Shown here: one piece after another, positions 1 through 11,376 of the stretch
Layout: the number at the start of each line of letters is the position of its first letter
Position numbering within the stretch: position 1 is the first letter of the stretch
Assembly (NCBI GenBank): GCA_008632985.1
Contig: QPGO01000219.1
Span: 62,001-104,924, forward strand
Source: Psammoneis japonica
Taxonomy: Eukaryota
DNA: 42,924 nucleotides
Reading direction: 5' to 3'
Notes under the pieces: generated by a model
Told to the model about the DNA's origin: nothing
Databases searched by the model: none
What the model saw: only the letters and a program-made list of their open reading frames with translations
Made by a program: the position numbers and the translations under genes

Positions 1-200
1 GAAAGGTGTTGTACACTAGATAGTTCCACAGTAACTCAATTGGGTTCATCTCAGGGGCTCGGGGGTGGGAGGAGCACGAGGCCAACTCGAAAGTTGTCCC
101 ACAACCGCTCATCCAAAATGTCATTGTCACCAGCAACGTGGATCTGTGCATTGTCACAAACAAGCACGTCTTCTTGGTGGCTTTGCGTGAAAAAAGGCTT
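1..200 (-). mobile_element. Tc1/IS630-like (DDE_3) transposase fragment, frameshifted, runs off the window edge
   Basis: Minus strand reads DVLVCDNAQIH...LWDNFRVGLVLLP. After a frameshift at the G-run near 61-70 it reads APEMNPIELLWNYL. This matches the DNAxxH...SPELNPIExxW motifs carrying the last two catalytic residues of Tc1/IS630 transposases. Confidence 0.75.
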
Positions 201-496
201 CTCTCTGTCCAAGTCTGCTCCCTCTGTTGGTGCATGTACGGCCGGTAATGCTCTAGCCCTGCAGCACTTGTGACTGAACAGGAAAAGCAAAGCGGGGTTG
301 AAGTTTCAGTTCCATAGATTTGCATTATGTTATATCGCTACTGGTTAAAGAAATAGATGATGATCCCTTGTGTACTACTATACATGGCTCTTGTTTGTTT
401 CAAACGAGATTGCAAATATGAGTCTCGTCGTCGTTGTTGTATATCCCCAAAACAGAGCATTCCTACCCAAGTTCCCAATTACTAATAATGTAGGTT

Positions 497-2095
497 TCAA
501 TCAATTGTATCCAGCTCCTTCAAGCTCTTTCGCTTTAGAAGGTCAAGTCGTGAGTGCAGCTCTTGCGTTTTCGTTTGGTTTGACTTGCTCATCATCTTTT
601 CCTGCTGCTTCTTCTGGGCTAGTCTGATCAATTCTTGTTGTAATTCATAGGAGTAACCACCCGATGAGTTGGATGAATACGACGTGTCGTCCGCATACTC
701 GTGTTTCGGCGACCCGTTGATTTTCGAGGTTTTTTCCTTCTTAATGTCATGGGACCCACGCTCGATAGTGTCATCAGCCGGCACGCCCTCAAAAGGTTCT
801 TCTTCGGGAATGCCGTGCGGCTTGTTCTTCAGCCCTAGATTGGTTTCGCTCTTTCTCTTTTGCTTGGCTGATAAGGGATCGTTCCTCTTCATTAGTTCCA
901 CAATCTTTTTGTTCTTCAACAGCGGCTTTCCTAGTATGGCAATATGACTCCCCGAGTATGTTTCTGGAATAGCCAAAAGGATCTCTCCCTTGGTGATGCG
1001 GGCGCAGCCCTCACCACCGTCGGAACTCGCCATGAGCTCCGTGTCGGTAATTTCCTTGCCATCCTTGGGTCGGCAGAGGCCGTAGTAGTCTTGATTGCCC
1101 AGCGCCGGCTCGGTTGCGTTGGACGGAATCATTTCGAGAATATCTCCCACAGTTGTAACGCTGGGAGAGTAAATGATTTGGATGAGCTCAAAGATCTTGG
1201 CTTTGGGTTGTAGCAGGAGAACAAATATTTTAAACGGATTGGAACATCCCACGACGGACCCAGCGCTCGACTGACTAAACTGACTCATCGAGTCATTAAG
1301 ATTTTGACTCGATCTCCTACTGAACGAACGGAAGGAGGACTCGCTCATGGCGGAGTCTTTTCGAAAGAGCATTCTCTCGCTTGAATCACGCTTCACCTTT
1401 GTCTTCTTTCCGTTGGCCAGACTGTACCTGATCTGTCTTCCTTCAGTAGTTGAGGGCGACGGAGTCAAGGGAGCAGAGTTGAGGAGAAAGTGACCGCTAG
1501 CTGTCTGCGGATGAACCATTCGTCTGACGCCATCATAAGGAACAATTTCACCACTTTTCATGATCGGAGAGTGTGGCACGGGCGGTGATCCTTCAGAATG
1601 AGAATGAGGCCACCACGAGTCTGCAGAGGATCTGTATTCATCATTATCATACTCCTGAACAGAGGTAGGCGAGATATTCCATCGATCGATTCGTTTCAAG
1701 AGCGAAAGTGGGGACAGAGGGATATCTCCCTTGGGCTTTTCGTAAGACGCGGGCGAAATCCCGATTCTGTCTCCGTCGTGTGTTCTGGGCACAATTGCTC
1801 GTTCTTCTTCGTTCGCGTAGTATGAAGGTTGAGTGATACCGATTCGCTCAATATCATACTCATCATGTTGCTCATCTTCATCATCGTCTGAGAAGGATGT
1901 AGAGTCATTCTGAGAATCACCTGCCGTTGGGGACTGATGAAAGAAAGCAAACGGGGTCACAATCTTGGAGGTTGTTGCCATTTTGCCGGCAGATGGCGAT
2001 CCATAAGTGAGACTGGTAGGCGCATGGTCTGACTGATCCATCTCCAGAGCCATCTTGATGTCCACTAGCAACGGAGGGGGGTTATCCGTGCTCAT
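497..2095 (-). CDS. Hypothetical protein: low-complexity Ser-rich N-terminus and a globular central domain (FKIFVLLLQPKAKIFELIQ...DILEMIP...YYGLCRP)
   Basis: Long intact ORF with normal TA/CG content. First ATG at 2095 (MSTDNPP); the ORF track starts at a non-ATG codon. Confidence 0.75.
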   Translation of the reverse strand: MSTDNPPPLLVDIKMALEMDQSDHAPTSLTYGSPSAGKMATTSKIVTPFAFFHQSPTAGDSQNDSTSFSDDDEDEQHDEYDIERIGITQPSYYANEEERAIVPRTHDGDRIGISPASYEKPKGDIPLSPLSLLKRIDRWNISPTSVQEYDNDEYRSSADSWWPHSHSEGSPPVPHSPIMKSGEIVPYDGVRRMVHPQTASGHFLLNSAPLTPSPSTTEGRQIRYSLANGKKTKVKRDSSERMLFRKDSAMSESSFRSFSRRSSQNLNDSMSQFSQSSAGSVVGCSNPFKIFVLLLQPKAKIFELIQIIYSPSVTTVGDILEMIPSNATEPALGNQDYYGLCRPKDGKEITDTELMASSDGGEGCARITKGEILLAIPETYSGSHIAILGKPLLKNKKIVELMKRNDPLSAKQKRKSETNLGLKNKPHGIPEEEPFEGVPADDTIERGSHDIKKEKTSKINGSPKHEYADDTSYSSNSSGGYSYELQQELIRLAQKKQQEKMMSKSNQTKTQELHSRLDLLKRKSLKELDTID

Positions 2096-3038
2096 TTTTA
2101 CGACAATGGTTGTGGGAAAAGAGACAAGACTCGAGTGGATGGGGCCCAAAAGAAACCGACTTAGGTTGAAGCTTCACGTTGTGTGCACCTTTGCTGCTGG
2201 GCATCGCTGTTCAGTTCGCTGTCACCACCAATCTGCTCGCGTTGCACTGGGCGAGCGGGAAGAGCGAATGCGGCGGTTTGATTTGTCGAAATTTAACCGA
2301 CACCAAAAATTCAAATCGTAAGTAATCAAAAGATTTGCATAAATTTCATTTCACAATACTTAACAGCGAATGCGGAAAGCGGTTATGCGACATTTGGACA
2401 TCGCTGAATTGACGACCAACAACGTACATACCGGTAGAAACTGGACCTACGTCAGAAGCTCAGTTATTCAGAACTTGATGCTGTTTGAGAGAGAGGGAAA
2501 AAAGCGCGGCGCGGCTCTTCTCGACCGTGGACCGAGTGGCGAAGGTCTTCCGTTGATTGCTGCGCGCGAAAGGTTGTGTGTTTGACGTTTGAAGACAAGA
2601 AGTCTTGAACCCAAATACATGTCAGAGACTCCTGCTGCACACCACAAAGCACCCAGCATCTGTCTGCACATGTCATTTCTGCTGTTCGCAGGAGATCATC
2701 AACAAACCTGTTGTGCCCTCCTGAATCACATTTCTGCTGCCACAAAGATCAGATTCACTCAAATCTCCAATGAGCCATGGCCAAGAAGAGGAAGCAATCT
2801 GGAGTGGGCCAGCAATGCAAGTCAGGAGCTGGTGACAGCACACCAAAAGCAAAAAGTGTCATCAAAAAGTTTTTTCTTTTCCAGGGCAACCCGCCACCTC
2901 TCCCAAATCGACGCCAAAAGAGCAACAGCCACTCTCCACCCAACCTCATCTGTGACAATGCTGCCATCACTCCCTCCATTTTACCCATGACCAACCAAAC
3001 TCCTGTCAACCTAAAACCCTCCACAGAATGCCTCTGCT

Positions 3039-4050
3039 TTGACTCTCAAGCCTTTGACAAAACCCCACAAAGATCCTCAAAACAAGCACTGTGTGTCACG
3101 TGCAGCAGTCAAAGCAAGAGATGTTGTCTCATCTTTTGCCACCATTCAGGAGCAAAAAGCCTGTGGTGCCTTGCTTTGCACATTGCAAGTGCCCAATTTA
3201 AATTTTGTTGTTGAGGCTTGTGGTTTGACGCTGCCAAAAACGAAGGGCGCTGCTTTGCAGATGACCAAGCAGCTTGGCAAAATGTGGGGACAAGGACGTG
3301 CCAAGGACAAAAGCAGCAGTGGTCAGTGCTGCGCTGACAACAAAAAATTTCTTGTCCATTTGGCAGCAATTGGAACCTCCTTTTCTCCCAAAAAATCTGC
3401 TGATGAACCCAAATTGCCTGCGAAGGACTGCTTTGCCAGAGCACTTGGTCTGAATCCAAAAGCTGTCTGTTGACAGATGAAACAGGGCAAGATCACCAGA
3501 GTGACCTTGATTGAGAACAAAGAAAATGCTGTGTGGTCTTTGTTGCAACCCCATCAGCATCCTCACAAAAATGTTTCCCCTGAGGCCCACAACGCCTTTG
3601 CACACCAGTTGGGAAATCATCCTGACACAGCGCAGCTGCCCAACTCAAGAGACACGACTCTCACTCAAGGTGAAGATGGAAGAAAAAATGAGTGAACCAA
3701 TGGTCATGCAACGTGTCCACATGTCAGCTCCACAATGACATGTTGAAGCTTGTGCCCATGATGCCAATGGCAAGACCCTGGCCAGCAACAGCCACCATGA
3801 TTCACTTTTTGATTCCCAAGCAACATTGAAAAATGACGAGCAGTCAAAGGTTTCAAGGAAGGCTTTTAAAAGAGATGCAGGTGGCACAGCAAAAATGGTT
3901 GAAAGTTGCAATGATGACCCTGCAACCTCTGAGAACTGTGGCAGTGAAACTGGCAAGAATTTGGAGAGTCAAACTTGCCATTGTCAAGAGGAAGCATTTG
4001 GCGCCAACTCCAATCACCTTTGTCCTGAAGCTCAACATGCAATTGTGACC
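3039..4050 (+). pseudogene. Degraded coding relic, probably from a mobile element
   Basis: Protein-like segments continue across frameshifts and TGA stops (..CFARALGLNPKAV.., ..NHPDTAQLPNSRDTTL.., ..QLHNDMLKL.., ..HFLIPKQH*KMT..). Family not identified with confidence. Confidence 0.35.
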
Positions 4051-4279
4051 ATCATTTGTGAGAGACAAGCTGAAAGGTGAGAGAGGTTGGTGATGATGAA
4101 ATCTTGATCACAAAGAGTCGCCAAATCTTTGACATCAGGAGCAATGGTGTCTTTTTTCTTCAATGCATGTGGGCTCCTCAAATTCCCCATCTGCTGTGTG
4201 TTCCAACACTGCCTTTGGAGCTTCAAGCTGGTGCACATGTGTTTCACCTCATGTTCCTCATTTCTAAGGCACCAATTTA

Positions 4280-5080
4280 AAACCACTTGGTGTCACTTGC
4301 TGGCAGCACAAAATGTTGGTTGGAGTCAAAGATCCACCCACAGCATGAGGCAATGCATTGGTTGTTCACTGGATGGCACAATGTCATGCACAGCCATCAT
4401 TGCAGGTCATCACATCAAATTTGTTGCCCACTTTCAAGGAAATGGCCCAATCCAAACTGCAGCGAAACTTCATTTTGGAGTTCCTTGGTGGGAACTTTCC
4501 TTTCAAATGGCTGCTCAGCATGCTCGTTGCAAATGATGCACAATTGTTGTCAGCTTCAATCTGTTTGGTGGATGTTTTGACATGAGATGCAATGTGATCT
4601 CTCATTTCCAAGTCATCAACATGATGAAGAACACTGGCCAGGGACAAAAAAATGCAAGTGTCTTTGTTTCCTTGCAAGAATTTCACAGGCAGGCTGCTTG
4701 TCAGCAAGCCTGGCCCAATCTCCATTGACGACAACATGTTTCCTTCCAGCAATGAGCAAAAACCATCCTCTGGCTTCCAATCTTTCAATTCCTTCCAAAC
4801 ATCTGGAAACCATGTCTTGAAATTGCACTCAGCCCAATCTTGGGTCAAACAGCATTGGAAGACCATCAATCTCCTCCTGACTCATTCTCTTGACTTTCAC
4901 AATCTGTGTTGAATTGCAAATCAAGTGTGCCTTCCACTGAATCTCTTCCATGCCTTTTTCATCTACAACCTGGACTTTGTTGGGCTTGTGCTTGGCACGT
5001 GCAATGACTTCAACACACCTGTTCATGGGACAGCCCCTAAATTCATTGGCAGTGTCACTGAACCGTTCTTCAAACAACAT
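4280..5080 (-). pseudogene. Degraded papain-fold (C39-like) cysteine peptidase-domain gene
   Basis: Ordered motifs PVKFLQGNKDTCIFLSLASVLH (Q..C helix), then ..PMHC.. (His), then WIFDSN at 4319-4336 after a frameshift, then VLNWC. This is the Q-C-H-D arrangement of papain-like folds. Confidence 0.5.
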
Positions 5081-5552
5081 GCAGCCACTCGTTCATAACC
5101 AAAAGGAAAGAAGGAAGAAAGGCTTTGAATGAAACAGTGTGTGCCTGAATGCGCTTCTCGTCATCGCATCAAGGCACGAAACAGTCAACGGTCTCTTGCT
5201 TGAAGAAGAAGGATTGAGTCGTCATGCGTCGCACCGTTACTTGAGTTCTCTTTGCTATAGCAAGCTAGAGTCTACGTTGCATACACAGCTGATTGACTGA
5301 TGGGGAACGAGAAAGACAACAGAAAGAGACGCATTGAACATGTCTGCGAAACAGCAGGTTGGAAGGTCTCTATCTGAGGCGTCAACCTCTCTAGCTACGA
5401 CATGCTTACTCCTTTCATCACAACGGCTTGAATCATTAGCTTTAGTTCATCTTGGCTGTTGTCGGAGGCGCTACAAGTCATACGTCGAAGCTGTTACTTG
5501 GAGAGCTGTTCATACACAAACATGGGCTTACGAGCACTTTCATAAGATGTTG

Positions 5553-6491
5553 CTACCATTCATTGCGCCTCTTTTCATGGCACACATGACGAATCGTAAT
5601 GGTGCGACCACAAGACTCCCTCAATCGATGGACAACATCATCCACGTGCGATGGCCGTGTCCAGTTGATCCTACACCAAGATTCTTCAACATGATCCGCT
5701 ATAGAAAGATGGGGGTCTTCCTCCTCCATACAAAGACTGCAGGATACCTCCTTTCGCAGCCACGTAAAAGATGCAAAGGTATGTTCGTCCCAGATCGCAG
5801 ATAAACGGGTTCGAAGTTTGGGTAGCTCTTCGATTACGAACCATTCCGTGTCGCTTCCATACGGCTCCTTCAGCTCGGGGCAGTCACGCGATGAACCGTC
5901 CTTTTTGAGTTGTCTGGCGCACAAGCACTGGAGTGTTGATGGTTTTGGTAGTTGTTGCTTGCGAGCCCAGAGTTGAAGCAAAGCAGCATCGGCGTGATTA
6001 CGATCCACGGAACTGGCCAGATCAAAATACGAAACCAAATATTGGTTGCAGGCATCCCGGTTACCAAGACCAAACTCAACCATGGAAGCAAGAAATAATG
6101 CTTCAGGCAAGTAGTATGCAGGCCAGATGCCTAGGACAGTACAATCCAAGAGCAAAGACTTGATAACTTCTTGGGCATCTGTCCACTTTTTGGCATCAAT
6201 CTGCAAGAATGCTGCCCACCACCGGATTGATGGAGCATCGGCTTCATCATTGTGATCTCTGGTAGTATCCAAGGCAGCCTGGATTGCGCTAGCGCGTTGG
6301 ACGTCTTCATCCGGTGACCGTGGGTCAAAGGTGAGCCTGGCCAATCGGACAATTCTTGGTGGGGGGACGGTGCAATCATTCAGCTCGATCCGACCGTGCC
6401 AGAGTGTCACAAACGGACAAGCACGAAGACCATCGCGAATGGCCGCCCATCCCGCTACGCGATCATTCCCGAACATGAGGGGTCTCATCAT
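5553..6491 (-). CDS. Hypothetical helical (TPR-like) protein with Cys/His-rich C-terminus; may be the 3' part of a gene that includes 6488-6868
   Basis: Intact 312-aa ORF with normal TA/CG/Tyr content between two mutated tracts. A decayed paralog lies at 7440-7700. Confidence 0.6.
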   Translation of the reverse strand: MMRPLMFGNDRVAGWAAIRDGLRACPFVTLWHGRIELNDCTVPPPRIVRLARLTFDPRSPDEDVQRASAIQAALDTTRDHNDEADAPSIRWWAAFLQIDAKKWTDAQEVIKSLLLDCTVLGIWPAYYLPEALFLASMVEFGLGNRDACNQYLVSYFDLASSVDRNHADAALLQLWARKQQLPKPSTLQCLCARQLKKDGSSRDCPELKEPYGSDTEWFVIEELPKLRTRLSAIWDEHTFASFTWLRKEVSCSLCMEEEDPHLSIADHVEESWCRINWTRPSHVDDVVHRLRESCGRTITIRHVCHEKRRNEW

Positions 6492-6868
6492 ATTCTTCTT
6501 GATCGAGTCATATGAATTGCTGATTCGTTGTAAAGCGCGCCTCGGCTTCTTTCGCGTAATACTTCACGTTCGCCACCAAACAATCCATTGATCAGTTTCT
6601 CATCTGCTGGCTTACCGGTTCGTGCTCTCTCCCGCATATCGCGAGTAACCAGCTTTGAGTATTCCCAGTTTGAAGCGCTTTCTGACAATTCGACAGATGC
6701 GTTGCGGGCTGTATCACGGAGCCCGCTGATCTGCTCGTGGAGACGAGAGGCAGCGGGACATAAGTCGCCCTTGATGGCATCCCTTGTCTCCCTGATCTTC
6801 GACTCGGCCGCCGACAAGCAGCCTCGTTCAAACAATGCAACGGCTTCATCCAAGGTGGTTGTTGACAT
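6488..6868 (-). CDS. Hypothetical helical protein (MSTTTLDEAVALFERG...)
   Basis: Intact ORF from the ATG of MSTTT. Its TGA overlaps the next ATG (ATGA). Confidence 0.45.
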   Translation of the reverse strand: MSTTTLDEAVALFERGCLSAAESKIRETRDAIKGDLCPAASRLHEQISGLRDTARNASVELSESASNWEYSKLVTRDMRERARTGKPADEKLINGLFGGEREVLRERSRGALYNESAIHMTRSRRI

Positions 6869-7439
6869 GGTTGCAGGTTTCTGCCTTTGATGGTGCTTTG
6901 AGGTGTATGGTGTCTCCGTGAAACTGACACTGTTTTTTAGCGGTTTGGAGCCAATCAGAATGGAGCACGAAATTTTCAACAGTGCGTAGACAGCAAGTAG
7001 ATAGAACCTTGTGCCACAAAATGCTCGAACAATGCAAATCTATTACGGGTGGTAGAGCGAACCCAGTTATTGCTACATTGTACGTTGTGATTTTGCGGGG
7101 CAACTCTACTACACTAGGCTTGTTTTTCTTGGCAAATGTATGCAGCTTGCATTCTCTCGTCAGCACTGCTCTCTCCTAAAAATCAGAGGCGCTCGGCTTC
7201 TTTTTCCATCGCCAACAGCCCAACCAATTCGTCAGTCCCTGTTGCTGACGACACGCCACGGCAAAAACCACCACACCATGAAGATGCAATCGACAGGCAG
7301 CTAACGTCGACGACGAGTGACTGTGATGCATCAGCAGAATCTTTGGGACCCACCAGGCACTGTCGTCATGCTTTTCCTTTGGCACTGAGCTCTCCACCAG
7401 GAGCACCAGTGTGTCGTCAGCAGCAAGGTCCTCTTAAAA

Positions 7440-7700
7440 GGCAGTGCAAACCAAGGGTGCAGACTTGACAATTTCTTTGGCATTGGTCCATTTTTGGCAT
7501 CAATCTACAAGAATGCCACCAACTGGCTTTGGACTGTTGGAGCATTGGATTCATCACAGTCATCTCTGGTGGCAGGCATCTTCCTCCTGTGCCGATCTTG
7601 TGACAGCCACTTTGTTGCAAATTTAACAAGTGCCAAAATGTCTCAAGCCCTGTCACAATGAAATCAAGCTCAAGGTCTCCCTGCCAGAAGAAATGACAGT
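7440..7700 (-). pseudogene. Decayed paralog fragment of the 5553-6491 gene
   Basis: cagtgcaaaccaag..gacttgacaatttc..tttttggcatcaatctacaagaatgc..ggagcattggattcatca..tctctggtgg aligns to 6137-6266. Protein FFWQGDLELDF aligns with TLWHGRIELND. Confidence 0.75.
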
Positions 7701-8989
7701 GCTGACCTTGCTGCTCATTTTCCATTGTCAGAAGCAAGTCTCCAGAAAGATGCTGCTTCAGCCCCTGTGCTTTTGTGTCTTGCCATGCTGACCCTTCTTT
7801 GTTTTTCTGTTGCTCTCCCTGAGCCCAAGTGCTTCACACCCTGGGCTTTCTGAAACATTGTTGTTGTGCCCAATCATGAGATTGCAGCTCAGCTCCCAAA
7901 GATGTGCCAACATTTTGAGCTGCCAGCTCCCAAGTGCACTGCCCTTGTGTCCACGGAGAAATTCCATTGTCTCCTCACCCCAACAATGGAAGCAGCCAAA
8001 CAAAGTTGGCACATCATCTTTTCTGTCAAATGCCAAGGGGCACAGCAAATCTGAAGGTTTTCATTGCACCCTTGGTGCCAACCAAGTGTTTGAGACATGC
8101 TTTTTTGCTTGGGTGCACATGGCAGAATTTTGAGTTTTTCATCAGATCTGTCTTTCTGGAATTGTCCCACTGCTGCTTGCCACAGATGTTTTAAAGTGAG
8201 GCTCTCCACTCTCAGAAAACTTTGCTGCTCCGGCCACTCCCAGAAAACTTTGCCACTCCAAATTCACTGACCCTCATTCTTGTTGCAGCACAAGCAGCAA
8301 CCTTTGAGTTCATTCAAGGGTGCCAGGCCCACCATCATTTTTGAAAATGTCTGCAGCAGGTGTCTTGGGCAAACAAGAATCAATGTCCATGCAGCCCAGA
8401 TTGTCTGCAACATGCCCAACAAGAGAAAGCACTGCCAACATGCAAGGAAGGTTGTCACGTGTGAAAACAAGAGTCGGGTGGCTCTGTTTCTTGTTTGCCA
8501 CCTGCTTGGCAATGTGCCACTCCAATCTCATTTCAAGCACTGGGAGGGGCAATGCATCAGCAAAAGTTTTTGTGATGTCTGTCAAGTCCCTGCAGTGATG
8601 GAAACACCTGTCAATCTTGAAAGCACATTCTGACACCAGGCATGGTCAGAAAGACACCCCAACAGCTGCTTTTGAGCTCATGATGCCATGTGAGTTGAAG
8701 TCATTGGTGTGGTGGCTCTGAATGTCATGTCAGCAGTCACATCAAAGTCAAACAACCAGGGCTCTTTTTGGCAATTTCAAAGTTGCACATTTTTGTTTCA
8801 GCAAGTTTGCTGCAAGCCAAACTGAGCACAGGTTGTCACAATCACAAACTCGTTGTCAATCTGTTCAGCAGCTGTCTTGCAACAAGGCACTTCATTGGGG
8901 TTCTCTGTTTCCTTTGCTTCAAATTTCAAGCCTTCAAAATTGTGCTTCTTGTGTGTGACATCTTTCAACCCCGGCAACTTAAAGTTCAT

Positions 8990-11376
8990 TGCAATTTTAA
9001 CAGCAAAAGAGAAGCAAGCTTTCCATCAGCTGTCTTTTGCTCAATTGCTGCTTCCACAATGTCACACAAACAAAGAATTTTGTTGGTGAAATCACACTTT
9101 GGCTTTGCTGCCTCATGCAGTCCTCTTGTGTTTTGATCTTTTTTCTTGGCATGCTGCTCCACTTGCCAACCATGGTTGTCAGTTTTGGCAAGTTGCACCT
9201 GCTCAAAGTTGGGTCCTGCTGATGGCCAGCACACAGATGCCACCTTTCCCTTGGAATCCAAGTCTGGCAGAAACCCCAGCTCACTGAGATCTTGGTGTGA
9301 CATTTGACCCCATTCTCCTTGAGTCTTGAGCAGCTTGCTTCTCTTCTGGCAAAGCTGAGGGGTGCAAGGGTGATGGCAGGTTTTCAACAACTCTTCAAAA
9401 ACTGGCATGGACTTTGTTTCTTTGTGTCTGACATTTCAGCACTGATGAAGCCATTGACAATGCTCTTGCCAGAAATGATGCAGCCTTCTCCAAGGCTGCT
9501 GGAAGACAGCAGAGGAACCCAACAAGAGCTTTTTTCTTTTGGCCCACCAGTTTGACATTGTGTTTGCTTTTGGCTCATTCATCATGGTGATGATGTTTGC
9601 GCTCAAGCCAACAATCAGGTCGTCTCTTGCTGTGGATTCATTTAGGATCTGCTTGATCAGTTCAAACAGTTCTGAGAGATCAGCTGGCTGCTGCACTCCT
9701 GTTGTTGTGCTGCAGAGCACTTGTTTTGGCACAGCAAATTGCTGACCTTGTCTGGCTTCTTGCATGTCTTGCACAAAAACATCTGAAGCTAATTTGCGCA
9801 ACCATCAGACCATGACACACCCTTCGACCAATCTGTGGCAGGATGACTGGGACTCTCATCTTGATCCCACCCAAGAGCCCACCAACAAACTGGCCAAAAA
9901 GCTCAGGCAGCAACACATGATCTTGCAGCACTGGAATTTTTTGTTTGCAACAGTGGCCCCACTCTCATCATTCTTGTTGGCATGCAGCAAGACAAGCAAA
10001 GCCATTGAGATCAGCAGGGGGGCAACATTTGTGGGTGTTCATTGTCAGAGACCAGGGATTTCAACAGCCAAAATGCCATCAACAGGGAGCTCCCCATCTG
10101 TTGAGCCAGTTGCCACAACATGCAGAGGCACCATTGGACCACCAGCTGCAAAAGTGAATGCAAGCCAAGGTCAAAGACTGCCACTGCTGAGTGGGTTGTT
10201 GTCCACCTTGTGCATCAATTAACCACCAGTCTCCTCAGCTAGATCAGTGAGCTTCCAGCTCCATTTGTGACTCGTCTTGGCACCTTCAAAAGCAGAAACA
10301 GTTGCATTGTGTCAGTTAAAAGGATGAGTTTTGGGTTCACCAGAAACAACTTTTTTGTGCTGCACTCAGCTTTTGCAAACTTGACAGTTTTCTTGGCTTT
10401 GATGCTGAGCCTGCTCCACTCTTGTCACAATGCTCCCACCCTCTCCATGACTTTGGTCCCTCAATGAGGTGTGCACTCAGTGCAGTGTTTTGACATGTCA
10501 GCGCCATTGGAATCAAATTTGTGCTGATGATTTGAGTCTTGGTCTGGGTTGCAGACTTCTTTTTAGTCAACAAGCAGCTTGCTCCCTCCACAGTCAACAA
10601 GCAGCTGGCTCCCTGCATGGCACCGGGGTCAATTGTCTTTTGGCAGTGTTGTTTGATGCTTCAACACCAGACTGCTCTTCCATTGTCTCTTTCATTTCTG
10701 TCAGGCCAAACTGTTCCCCAATCACAGCCTTCACCTTGGCCATCACCACAGTCTGTGGTGGTGTGTGGCTCATCATTCAGGGTTGGCCTGTGAAGCCAGG
10801 TCCATTTTGCATCAATTTGCACAAGCCAGAGATGTGAGCAATGAGGCATCATGTTGATTTCTTCAGGGCATGAAGCAAAACAGCAGCCCACCTTTCCTTG
10901 CTCTTGGCTGGGTGTCAGGAAAGATGCTCACAGAGCTCTGGGCTGTTTTTGACCAACCAACAGCTTTGCTGAAAGGGTCGCACATTGGCAGAGCCTTGGC
11001 ATTTTTTGGTGGCATGACAACTTTCACCCACTTTGAATTTCTTACATTGACATTTGCTTCAACCTCCTTTGATGGTTGCTTCAATGATGCTGCCATCTTT
11101 GCTGCCAGCGCTTTTTTGGAAGCCCAAGCAACAATTTTCAGCTGCAGCAAAGGGAGCAGAGGTGGACTCTCTCATCATTTGTCCACCTCAAGTGAGTCAC
11201 ATGACACCACAACATGCTTCACTTGTGAAAGTTGTGAAGATTGTCTTCATCCCTTGCAGCAAATCCACCCAGCTGCCTCCACAACAGCTCCAAGCTTGCC
11301 AACAACCCACCGAATCTTGGCTGCTTCAGCACCCTTCTTCAACAATTTCACCGCTTTCAAAATGTTTTTGACTTGA
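8990..11376 (-). mobile_element. Degraded pogo/Tc5-like (DDE_1) transposase
   Basis: Motifs in order on the minus strand: VNPKLILLTD (~10340-10312); LAFTFAAGGPMVPLHVVATG..ELP..EIPGL (~10165-10050); VSWSDG (D at 9804-9806); STTTGVQQPADLSELF (D at 9679-9681, compare TTxxLQPLDV of DDE_1). Multiple stops and frameshifts. Confidence 0.6.

Larger units (their letters stand above)
2470..5235. other. TpA/CpG-depleted hypermutated tract I
   Basis: About 10 TA dinucleotides in ~2.7 kb by eye, almost all TTA/TAA. CG is sparse in the core (2590-5150). ORFs in all frames are essentially Tyr-free and Cys/His-rich. Confidence 0.9.
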
